Positions 34,482 to 44,027 of a stretch of DNA of 64,000 nt are shown in pieces. How positions within the stretch are numbered: position 1 is the stretch's first letter; every line of letters begins with the position of its first letter. The stretch covers positions 1,442,218 to 1,506,217 of the forward strand of contig CBDCFB010000001.1 in the NCBI GenBank assembly GCA_965216065.1, given 5' to 3'. The position numbers were made by a program, and so were the translations under genes. This DNA is from Dehalococcoidia bacterium (GTDB lineage: Bacteria > Chloroflexota > Dehalococcoidia > Lucifugimonadales > UBA3495). Below the pieces are notes generated by a model. It did not search any database, was not told where the DNA came from, and saw only the letters and a program-made list of their open reading frames with translations.

Positions 34482-34755
34482 CTCCCGGAGGCCCCGGCGC
34501 TGTCGGGAATTCCGGCTGTGTGTGGGCCCTGGATTTCTGCAGGGCTACCGGGCTTTTGCCGTCGTCCGTTCCGGCCAGTCGCAAGCTGAATCTACTTGAC
34601 ACTCCCAGAGGGTTGTGATAATTTTCACTCGATTTTTGGCCCGCCACCCGACTAGCGGGATTTCGGGCCGCTAATTTTGTCAGGAACCGGTCGACAGGCA
34701 GGCCGGGACAAATCGGCACCGCTCCGGTTTACTCAGGGCAGGATGACGGCAGTCC

Positions 34756-35046
34756 ATGGACCCCAAAGCGTTAAACAGCACCGACTGGCAAAACATCCAC
34801 CTCTTCCTTCAGTGGTTCTGGATTTATTTCCCACTGGTTGTTGTATTTGCTATCACCATGCTCACTGCTCACGCGCTCATTCCGTCGGCTGTGTCGACGG
34901 GCCACCTGCCCCAAAGCGTCGCCCGGCTCAAGTGGCCTCTCACCGGTTTTGCCCTGGTCATTGCCGCGGTCGCGATCGTAATCCTGGTTCTGGGAATCAA
35001 TCAGACCCTTGACGTGAGGAATTTCTGGAACCGGCTGCTTATCTAA
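34756..35046 (+). CDS. small membrane protein (2 predicted TM helices)
   Basis: 96 aa with hydrophobic stretches FLQWFWIYFPLVVVFAITMLTA and GFALVIAAVAIVILVLGI. Lies upstream of actA. Confidence 0.5.
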   Translation: MDPKALNSTDWQNIHLFLQWFWIYFPLVVVFAITMLTAHALIPSAVSTGHLPQSVARLKWPLTGFALVIAAVAIVILVLGINQTLDVRNFWNRLLI

Positions 35047-35151
35047 CTGCTTATTTAGGCAGACCGGTTTCTACTGCGCCCCTCCCTCCCTCAGAAGGCT
35101 GTCCGGTGGTGGTGGTGCCAGGCATTTCAACATGAACGGTTCCAATCAAGA

Positions 35152-35793
35152 ATGAGACCTTCTTCCAAAATGATCCCGCTCATGGTGGCGGGGGGCATTT
35201 TCACCGTCATTGTCGGCTTCGTGGTGGTTGTGTTGTTCATTTCCTGGTTCTCCAACCCTCCATTCGGCTTGGGAAATGCTTCGGCGCAACCCATCGTTTT
35301 CCCTCACACGGTCCACGTGGAAGAGAACAACATTCAGTGCGAGTTCTGCCACAGGAACGTGACCAAGGGTGATGCGGCAACGGTTCCGGCGGTGGAGCAG
35401 TGCCTGTTTTGCCACAAGGACATCTCCGGGCGGGACAGCCAGGCCGAGACAGAAATCGCCAAGGTCCAGCAGTACTTCGCCGATGAAGAGCCCATCGACT
35501 GGGAGCGCGTGCATCGCCTTCCCGATCACGTCCGCTTCGTGCATGAGGCACACATCCGCTTCTTCACCAGCGATGCCGGGACGGGAGGAGCCAGCGGCCA
35601 GCGCTTCGACATCAACGGCAAGGAAATCAGCGGATCACTGGGCATCACCCAGACCTGCGCCATCTGCCACGGCGATGTCGGCGGCATGAGGGAAGTCCAG
35701 CCGCAGGAAGGACAGTCCCTGAAGATGGGTACCTGCTTGGACTGCCACAGGGTCAACAATGTCCCGACCGACTGCACTGTATGTCATAAGTAA
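35152..35793 (+). CDS. actA: Alternative Complex III subunit ActA (pentahaem cytochrome c, N-terminal TM anchor)
   Basis: Five CxxCH motifs: CEFCH, CLFCH, CAICH, CLDCH, CTVCH. Position is directly before actB. Confidence 0.8.
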   Translation: MRPSSKMIPLMVAGGIFTVIVGFVVVVLFISWFSNPPFGLGNASAQPIVFPHTVHVEENNIQCEFCHRNVTKGDAATVPAVEQCLFCHKDISGRDSQAETEIAKVQQYFADEEPIDWERVHRLPDHVRFVHEAHIRFFTSDAGTGGASGQRFDINGKEISGSLGITQTCAICHGDVGGMREVQPQEGQSLKMGTCLDCHRVNNVPTDCTVCHK

Positions 35794-35887
35794 GAAAGGA
35801 ATGAAGGACTGATTGCCGCCCAGGCGGTATTTGCAAAGCAACTCTGCCAATTTGAAGTTAGTTTGAACGCAGCGAAGAATCTCATCG

Positions 35888-38215
35888 ATGAAATTATCTA
35901 GGCGACATTTTCTGGCTTGGGCCGGTCTCAGCGCGGTTGGCGCCGTGGCCTGTGAGGGCTTCGGCATCCGCGAAGGCGAACTCAATATCCAGAGTCCGGT
36001 GAGCCTTCCTGAGGACCTTGTGCGGGGCAAGGACAACTGGTACGCCAGCCTTTGCCGCAACTGCCCATCCTGCGAAGGGATCCTGGTTCGCGTGATGGAA
36101 GGCAGGGCGAAGAAGGTCCAGGGGAACCCTCTTTATCCCACCAACCAGGGAAAGAGCCACGCCCGATGCGAGGCCGGCGTTCAGGCGCTGTACCATCCCG
36201 ACCGCATTCCCGGCGCCATGAGGCGCGGCGGCAACCGCGGGTCGGGGCAGTTCGACCCCATCGGCTGGGATTCGGAGGGCATGGAGGCCTTGGTCCGCCA
36301 GATCAATGACCGCGGCTCCCGCGCGGTGCTTCTGACCAAGCCGACCCGGGGGCATCTGGGGCTTCTGACCTCCCGGTTCGCACAGGCCGTGGGCGCCGAG
36401 CACATGAGCTACGAGGCGGTGGACAACAATGTGTACCGCACCGCCGTCAAGAATGTTTACGATCAGGATGTTCTCCCCGACTTCGACATGGAGAACGCCA
36501 ACTTCATCCTCTCCTTCGGCGCCGACTTCCTGTCCACTTGGATTTCGCCGACCCGCTGGAATCGCGGTTACGGGGAATTTCGCCAGGGAGAGGGACGGAG
36601 CAATCGAGGTACCCTCTACCAGGTTGACTCCCGCTTCTCCATGACTGCGGCCAATGCCGACAAGTGGATTCCGATCCGGCCGGGATCCGAGGGGCTCCTG
36701 GCCCTGAGCATCGCACAGGTCATCATCGAAGAGAATCTGCAGGCCCGTGGCGTAGATGTAGATGCCCTCTTGGGCGGAGACACCGGCCGGACCTTGCTGA
36801 ACAATTACCGCCCCGAGGATGTGGTGAACCGGATAGGCCTCACGCCTGAAATCGGCGGAGGAGATCCTGCTGCCTTCATCCGGAAGATCGCCCGCGATTT
36901 CGCCGGACACGGACCCAGCATCGCCATCGCCGGCGGTTCGGCAGGGGCCCACAGCAACGGGCTCTTCAATGTGGAGGCCGCCACCGTACTGAACTGGCTC
37001 GTGGGCAGCGTGGGTGTTGAGGGGGGCGTACGCCTCAATCCCTCCGGCCCGTGGCAGGATGTCCCGTCATCGGCGAGCAGCGCCAGTCTGGACGACATGG
37101 AGCGGCTCACAAGCAAGATCCGGTCCGGCGAGACCCGGATGCTCATGGTGCACAATGTGGACCCGGTCCATGGTCTCCCGGGGTCTCTGGACCTTGCGGA
37201 TGCGATTGTCAGTGCCCAGGACCTGTATGTTGTAAGCTTCTCTCCGTTTATCGACGACACCACAGCGCTCGCCGATCTGCTTCTCCCCGACCGGGTGTAC
37301 CTGGAGGACTGGGGCGACGACATTCCAGACCCCGCTCCCGGGTACCAGGTGGCGGGATTCCAGCAGCCGGTGGTCAACCCGTTGTGGGATCTGGACCCGC
37401 GCAGCTTCCCGGATGTGCTGCTGGCCGCGGCTGACGGAGCCGGCGTGGGAGACCAGCTGCCCTGGGCCAGCTACCAGGCGATGCTGAAGGACAGTGCAAC
37501 CGCCCTGTTCGAGGGGAACCGGGGATCGATAGACGCAGGAACCGCCGACGAATTCTGGACCACCCTGCTGCGTCGCGGGGGGTGGTGGGACGAGTCGGTA
37601 ACCGGTCCCGATGTGCCGAGCCCTCGCCCGGGCCTGTTGCGTAGAATTTTGGAGAGTGCCTCGGCACCCACTTTTGCCGGTTACGGCGGGGAAGGCACCC
37701 TCTACCTGGCACCCTTCTCGCATAATACCTTGCAGGATGGGGATCTCGCCCACCTGCCGTGGCTCCAAGCCACTCCGGATCCGGTGACTTCCGTAACCTG
37801 GCAGACCTGGGTGGAACTGAACGACATCACTGCGGAGCGCCGCGGAATCCGCGAGGGGGATGTGGTGCGAATCGAGTCCGCGAGGGGCTCCATACGCGGA
37901 GTGGCCTACCTCAACCCGGCGACACCGCCCGAGGTCGTGGGCGTCCCATTCGGCGGAGGCCGCCGGCATGGGTCGCCGTACGCCACTGACCGGCCAGCCA
38001 GCGAGAGCTCCAACATTACCGACATCCTCGAACCGACGCGTGTGGCCGGCCCCGGCTCCCTTGCCTGGGCGGGTACCCGCGTTCGCATCTCTCCAACCGG
38101 CGAGAGCGTCAACGTCTCCAAGCTCGAGGGCAATGTCCGGTCGGTGGAGGTCGGGCTCAGCGCCGCCGAGGAAATCATCAAGACCGTCGCTCCCGGCAAT
38201 TACGGCAATTACTAG
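35888..38215 (+). CDS. actB1: ACIII ActB1 (molybdopterin-oxidoreductase-like domain, Tat signal)
   Basis: Tat motif SRRHFLAWAGLSAVGAVA. N-terminal Cys cluster CRNCPSCEG...C. 775 aa. Confidence 0.8.
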   Translation: MKLSRRHFLAWAGLSAVGAVACEGFGIREGELNIQSPVSLPEDLVRGKDNWYASLCRNCPSCEGILVRVMEGRAKKVQGNPLYPTNQGKSHARCEAGVQALYHPDRIPGAMRRGGNRGSGQFDPIGWDSEGMEALVRQINDRGSRAVLLTKPTRGHLGLLTSRFAQAVGAEHMSYEAVDNNVYRTAVKNVYDQDVLPDFDMENANFILSFGADFLSTWISPTRWNRGYGEFRQGEGRSNRGTLYQVDSRFSMTAANADKWIPIRPGSEGLLALSIAQVIIEENLQARGVDVDALLGGDTGRTLLNNYRPEDVVNRIGLTPEIGGGDPAAFIRKIARDFAGHGPSIAIAGGSAGAHSNGLFNVEAATVLNWLVGSVGVEGGVRLNPSGPWQDVPSSASSASLDDMERLTSKIRSGETRMLMVHNVDPVHGLPGSLDLADAIVSAQDLYVVSFSPFIDDTTALADLLLPDRVYLEDWGDDIPDPAPGYQVAGFQQPVVNPLWDLDPRSFPDVLLAAADGAGVGDQLPWASYQAMLKDSATALFEGNRGSIDAGTADEFWTTLLRRGGWWDESVTGPDVPSPRPGLLRRILESASAPTFAGYGGEGTLYLAPFSHNTLQDGDLAHLPWLQATPDPVTSVTWQTWVELNDITAERRGIREGDVVRIESARGSIRGVAYLNPATPPEVVGVPFGGGRRHGSPYATDRPASESSNITDILEPTRVAGPGSLAWAGTRVRISPTGESVNVSKLEGNVRSVEVGLSAAEEIIKTVAPGNYGNY

Positions 38216-38227
38216 GATCGATCTCCG

Positions 38228-38266
38228 AGTCAGGGACCCGGGTCAGGGACCAAAGTCAGAGACCCG
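38228..38266. repeat. 13-bp imperfect tandem repeat x3 in the actB1-actB2 spacer
   Basis: The three units are AGTCAGGGACCCG, GGTCAGGGACCAA and AGTCAGAGACCCG. Confidence 0.85.
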
Positions 38267-38287
38267 AGCCAGAGAACAGGCGCATAG

Positions 38288-39199
38288 ATGGTAACGAACC
38301 GAATCGATCACAAGTGGGGCATGGTTGTAGACCTGGACCGGTGTACCGGTTGCCAGGCCTGTGTCGTGGCCTGCCAGGCAGAGAACAACCTGCCCATCAA
38401 TACCAAGGACTATTTCCAGCAGCGGCGGGCCTACGAATGGATTCGCATCGAACGCTATTGGGAAGGCGAGTTCCCCAACGTCAAGGCTCGTTTCATCCCC
38501 ATCATGTGCCAGCACTGCGAGAATGCGCCGTGTGAGCCCGTGTGCCCGGTGTTTGCCACCTACCACAACGACGAGGGCCTGAACGTCCAGGTCTACAATC
38601 GTTGCGTCGGCACCCGCTACTGCGCCAACAACTGCCCCTACCAGGTGCGTTTCTTCAACTGGTGGGAGCCCAAGTGGCCGGAACGCCTGCGCAATCAGCT
38701 CAACCCCGATGTTACTGTGCGCAGCCGGGGCGTCATGGAGCGCTGCTCGTTCTGCGTGCAGCGGATACGCCGGGGAGAAATCACCGTCGAACGAAGGGGC
38801 GTTGAGCCGCTTACTGGCGAATCCATACCGTACGCCGAACCTGCCACTCCGAGCCAGGGCCGCTACCTGAACTACCAGCGCATGAAGGAAGGGAACTTCC
38901 TGCCCGCCTGCGCCCAGGCCTGTCCCACCAACGCCCTGATGTTTGGGGAACAGACCGACCAGACCGGCCCGGTCTACAAGTACTTTGAAAAGGCCAACGA
39001 GCAGTATGACAAGGTGCACCACGGCGAATACGTTGACGAGTCCAAGACCCGGGTGTACAGGCTTCTGGAAGAGATGGCCACGAAGCCGAACGTGATCTAC
39101 CTGAAGAAGGTCGAAGAGGGAGCCGGCGAGGCTCACCAGCCAATGGCTATGAATCCTGCCAATCCAAGTCCCAATCCAAGTCAGGCACGGGCGAAGTAA
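38288..39199 (+). CDS. actB2: ACIII ActB2 (4Fe-4S ferredoxin-type iron-sulfur subunit)
   Basis: CTGCQACVVAC, CQHCENAPCEPVCP, CVGTRYCANNCP, CAQACP cluster motifs. Confidence 0.85.
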   Translation: MVTNRIDHKWGMVVDLDRCTGCQACVVACQAENNLPINTKDYFQQRRAYEWIRIERYWEGEFPNVKARFIPIMCQHCENAPCEPVCPVFATYHNDEGLNVQVYNRCVGTRYCANNCPYQVRFFNWWEPKWPERLRNQLNPDVTVRSRGVMERCSFCVQRIRRGEITVERRGVEPLTGESIPYAEPATPSQGRYLNYQRMKEGNFLPACAQACPTNALMFGEQTDQTGPVYKYFEKANEQYDKVHHGEYVDESKTRVYRLLEEMATKPNVIYLKKVEEGAGEAHQPMAMNPANPSPNPSQARAK

Positions 39200-39203
39200 C
39201 TCA

Positions 39204-40685
39204 ATGGCAGCCAGCGAAAGCGAACATCTTCATCACGGCGTAGCCCATGGCGAGGGCCACGGAGGGGTTTCCGGGGGGCACTACCCCGGAATGTGGGTCT
39301 TTCCCAATCCCCGTGTTATGACCCGTGACATGGCGGAGAAAATCGCCGCCATGCCGCGCATGTTCACCCTGGGGCTGCTGCTGACATTCGCTCTCCTGGT
39401 GCTGGGCGTCGTGGGCTTCGTGGCCCGTGCTTCAGCCGACGGCTTCGACGACCGGGCGCCATGGGGCTACTACATGGCGACCTTCTCCTTCGTCTTCATG
39501 GTCACCAGCGCAGCTCCCGTGGCTGCGGTGGCCTTCCGATTTACCAAGAGCCACTGGCGGCGGCCCCTTTCGCGGGTGTCCGAGCTCTTCGCCGTAGTGG
39601 GCATCTTCAACATCATCACCTTCATCCCGATGATGCTGATATTCCCTCCGATTCTCAATCCGAACCCGGTTCAGGGCCATGACCTAGAGATCCGCCGCAC
39701 CATCTGGTTCGAAGGACCTATCGGTGCCCCCCACGCCTGGGATCTCGCGGGCGTGGTTGGACTGGCGGTAACATCCCTATTCATTCTGTACATCTCTGCG
39801 GTGCCCGACATGGCCGAGGCGCTTTCGTTAAAAGGGGGACGGGCCGCGACGGGTTTCCGTGGCTGGTTCTACCGGACCCTGGCCGGGCATTGGTACGGCA
39901 CCAAGCGGCAGTGGAACGCCCAGAAGGCGGGCCTGGCAATGTTGGGCGCCTTCTACTTCATGATCCTGATCTTCGTACACTTCATCATCAGCTCCGACTA
40001 CGCGCAGAGCATGATCCCGGGATGGAAAGACTCGATCTTCCCGGTGTTTTACAGCCTGACCGCATTCCAGGTCGCCCTGGGTACCTGTCTCATGATCCTG
40101 TACGTGATGCGGCGCTGGGGAGGCTTCCAGGAATATTACGGCAAGTCGGTCTTCTGGTCGGCCAGCAAGGTGCAGCTGGGTCTGACGCTTCTGTGGGCCT
40201 ACCACCTCTTTGCTTTTTTCATCACCTACTGGTTCGGCCGGCTGGTGGTGGAGCAGAACATCATCAAGTACCTGTTTGCCCAGTCATACGGGGGAGTCTT
40301 CGTGGCGAACCTGGCGCTGAGCTTCGTGATCCCGTTCCTGCTGCTCCTCTGGAACCCGGTACGGCGCAGCGCCTGGGGTCCGCCCCTGGCGGGTCTGTCG
40401 GCAGCGCTGGGTGCGCTGATGTTCAGCGTGCGCGTGTTCGTGGGCGGTGCCAACTCCGGCAACATATATGAGGCCTTTCTGAATCACGTCCCCGCGGCAG
40501 CCTACCCCGATATCTGGGACATATTCATGGTCATCGGGGGAATCGGAGGGGCCGCGTTCACCTACCTGGTTGCGACCAAGATTTTCCCCCTCCTGTCGGT
40601 CTGGGAAGTGAAGGAAGGCGCGCTATACCAGAGTATGCGGCGCTTTATCAGGGGCGAATACCTGGTGCTGGCCAAGCCCGAATAA
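39204..40685 (+). CDS. NrfD/PsrC-family integral membrane subunit (divergent ActC/ActF-type) with His-rich N-terminus
   Basis: 493 aa, multi-TM. N-terminus is ESEHLHHGVAHGEGHGGVSGGH. The start lies 5 nt after the actB2 stop. Confidence 0.7.
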   Translation: MAASESEHLHHGVAHGEGHGGVSGGHYPGMWVFPNPRVMTRDMAEKIAAMPRMFTLGLLLTFALLVLGVVGFVARASADGFDDRAPWGYYMATFSFVFMVTSAAPVAAVAFRFTKSHWRRPLSRVSELFAVVGIFNIITFIPMMLIFPPILNPNPVQGHDLEIRRTIWFEGPIGAPHAWDLAGVVGLAVTSLFILYISAVPDMAEALSLKGGRAATGFRGWFYRTLAGHWYGTKRQWNAQKAGLAMLGAFYFMILIFVHFIISSDYAQSMIPGWKDSIFPVFYSLTAFQVALGTCLMILYVMRRWGGFQEYYGKSVFWSASKVQLGLTLLWAYHLFAFFITYWFGRLVVEQNIIKYLFAQSYGGVFVANLALSFVIPFLLLLWNPVRRSAWGPPLAGLSAALGALMFSVRVFVGGANSGNIYEAFLNHVPAAAYPDIWDIFMVIGGIGGAAFTYLVATKIFPLLSVWEVKEGALYQSMRRFIRGEYLVLAKPE

Positions 40686-40693
40686 GATCATCC

Positions 40694-40788
40694 GTCATTC
40701 CCGCGGAAGCGGGAATCCAGAGCCTTTAACTAAGCTGAATCAGGCCAGACAAGCGGGAATCCGGCGCCTTTACTTAAGCTGAATCAGG
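40694..40788. repeat. REP hairpin plus ~43-bp-period duplication inside the ACIII operon
   Basis: GTCATTCCCGCGGAAGCGGGAATCCAG, then GCGGGAATCC(A/G)G(A/C)GCCTTTA(A)CT(T)AAGCTGAATCAGG twice. Confidence 0.75.
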
Positions 40789-40804
40789 AAAGACTAGAGG
40801 AATA

Positions 40805-42202
<1,398 letters not shown>

Positions 42203-42249
42203 CCCGGTCTGTCCCGCCCGAGCGGAGACACGAACAGAGGAAACGGAAC

Positions 42250-42759
42250 ATGGCTAAACGACCAATACTGGGTCTGTTCGAGGACGCGGAGTACGCCGCG
42301 GAAGCCGGGGACGCCCTGCAGCAGGCGGGTGTATCCCCAACCGACTACGATTTCCTGACCGACACCCCGTACCCTGAGGGAGCCTTCGGGGAGCGGCACG
42401 AAGGGCACCGGCTCTATATTTTCCCGCTCTGCGGGGCCCTGGTAGGTCTGACCGTCGGCATTCTGCTGACATCGATGACACAGATGGCCTACCCCCTCGT
42501 GCAGGCCGGCAAGCCGATCCTGTCCCTTCCTCCAATGGCGGTGGTTACATACGAAAGCACCATGCTGACGGCGATCATCTTCACCATCATTGGCATTGTC
42601 TTCGAGTCGCGCCTGCCCAGTTTCAAGCAGGGTCTTTACGACACGCGCATAACCGAGGGCTACATCGGCGTTCTGGCCAACGTTGAGGAAGAGCAACTGC
42701 CCCAGGTCTCTGTTCTTTTCACCCAGGCGGGTGCCATCGACGTGGTACGCGAGAATTAA
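42250..42759 (+). CDS. actD: ACIII subunit ActD (DUF3341)
   Basis: 169 aa beginning RPILGLFEDAEYAAEAGDALQQAG with two TM helices. Position is after actC. Confidence 0.7.
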   Translation: MAKRPILGLFEDAEYAAEAGDALQQAGVSPTDYDFLTDTPYPEGAFGERHEGHRLYIFPLCGALVGLTVGILLTSMTQMAYPLVQAGKPILSLPPMAVVTYESTMLTAIIFTIIGIVFESRLPSFKQGLYDTRITEGYIGVLANVEEEQLPQVSVLFTQAGAIDVVREN

Positions 42760-42775
42760 GGTCCGATTCCCCAAG

Positions 42776-43327
42776 ATGATGTTTCTTAACTTGAGCCGCC
42801 TGAATAAACGACTTTCCTCTTTCTCGAACGAAAGGGGAAGGGTCAGGTCGTACCCTGTACGCTTTTTCATTGCCGGAGCAGCACTCTTCGCCGCCCTGGC
42901 TTTGGCTGGATGTACTTCGGGCAGCTATCCCGTTGATATTTTCTACGAACAGCATTACCAGCAGTCATACAAGTCCCACGAGCCTCCTCGCTTGTCGGGA
43001 GTTCCCGGTGCGGTTGCCTACTATCCTGCACCGCAGAACACCACCGACGACTCCGTCACCCACCTGTACGAGGTGAACTGCCTGATGTGCCACGGCACTT
43101 CTGCCAAGGGCGACGGGCCCGTCCTGAACCTGCTGACCGGCAGCTATGGCTATGAGACGGCAGTCACTCCCGACCTGACCACGTTGACTCCTGAGGAAAT
43201 CGAGAGCTTCCTGAAGGTGACTGTCCGGCCGTTCGGGCCCAACTCGGTCATGCCTCCCTTCGGCAAGCTGCTGGGCGAAGACGAGCGGCGGGAACTCGCC
43301 CGCTACATCGACGGGCTCCCCAAGTAA
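42776..43327 (+). CDS. actE: ACIII subunit ActE (monohaem cytochrome c lipoprotein)
   Basis: Trimmed to ATG 42776. Lipobox LALAGC and a single CLMCH haem motif. Confidence 0.7.
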   Translation: MMFLNLSRLNKRLSSFSNERGRVRSYPVRFFIAGAALFAALALAGCTSGSYPVDIFYEQHYQQSYKSHEPPRLSGVPGAVAYYPAPQNTTDDSVTHLYEVNCLMCHGTSAKGDGPVLNLLTGSYGYETAVTPDLTTLTPEEIESFLKVTVRPFGPNSVMPPFGKLLGEDERRELARYIDGLPK

Positions 43328-43379
43328 TCACTGCTTTCCATCCAAATCACCCCTCCAATCGGGTAACGGGGAGATTTTC

Positions 43380-44027
43380 TTGATGTTTTCCAAGAATTCT
43401 CTGCTGTACTCGTGCCTGTTGGCCTTGCTGTGCGTGGTTGCCTTGACTCCCATGGTCTACGCCCAGTCGCCGGACGAGGAACTGGAGAAGGAAGCGCAGT
43501 CCATTGACCGGATGATAATGTGCCCGGTCTGCCCGGCCGAGACCATCGACCAAGCCCAAGTGGAAATCTCCTTCCAGATGCGCGCCGTAGTACGGGAGAT
43601 GCTGGCAGAGGGAAGGAGCCGCGAAGAGATCCTCGACTATTTCGTAGACCGGTACGGACCGGACATCCTGGCCGCGCCGCCAAAGACCGGAGCGAACTTG
43701 CTGGCGTGGATTCTTCCTATCGTGGGCGTTGCCGCAGGACTCGGAGGCGTATTCCTAATCATTCGCGCCATGACCGGTCGCGGTCGGCCCTCCCCGGCTG
43801 CTGCGACAACCGGCGGTTCCCCCGTTGCTACTGCGGCGGCCGCAGCGGATTCCGAACTGGCACCCTACCTGGAGATAGCAGACCGCATGCTGGGATCGAG
43901 AAGGGCCTCATTCGCCGGTCAGATGAGCGGAGATCCCGCACCGGCCGAGCTCGGCACGGGCCAGGACTTGCCTGCACCCACCGCATCGAATGACCCCGCC
44001 GAAGAGAGTTCCCGCAGCAATGGGTGA
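43380..44027 (+). CDS. ccmH: cytochrome c-type biogenesis protein CcmH/NrfF-like
   Basis: Signal peptide, CPVC motif, then a TM helix (LLAWILPIVGVAAGLGGVFLII). An alternative ATG start exists at 43383. Confidence 0.75.
   Translation: MMFSKNSLLYSCLLALLCVVALTPMVYAQSPDEELEKEAQSIDRMIMCPVCPAETIDQAQVEISFQMRAVVREMLAEGRSREEILDYFVDRYGPDILAAPPKTGANLLAWILPIVGVAAGLGGVFLIIRAMTGRGRPSPAAATTGGSPVATAAAAADSELAPYLEIADRMLGSRRASFAGQMSGDPAPAELGTGQDLPAPTASNDPAEESSRSNG

Noticed and set aside
38213-38287. TAG read-through or pyrrolysine decoding joining ActB1 and ActB2.
   Set aside because: There is no evidence for Pyl machinery, and TAG is used as a normal stop elsewhere in the window (for example hicB at 12022..12020 and the LLM fragment at 63806..63804). 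ActB2 has its own ATG and a typical N-terminus. It is kept only as a gene-fission curiosity.
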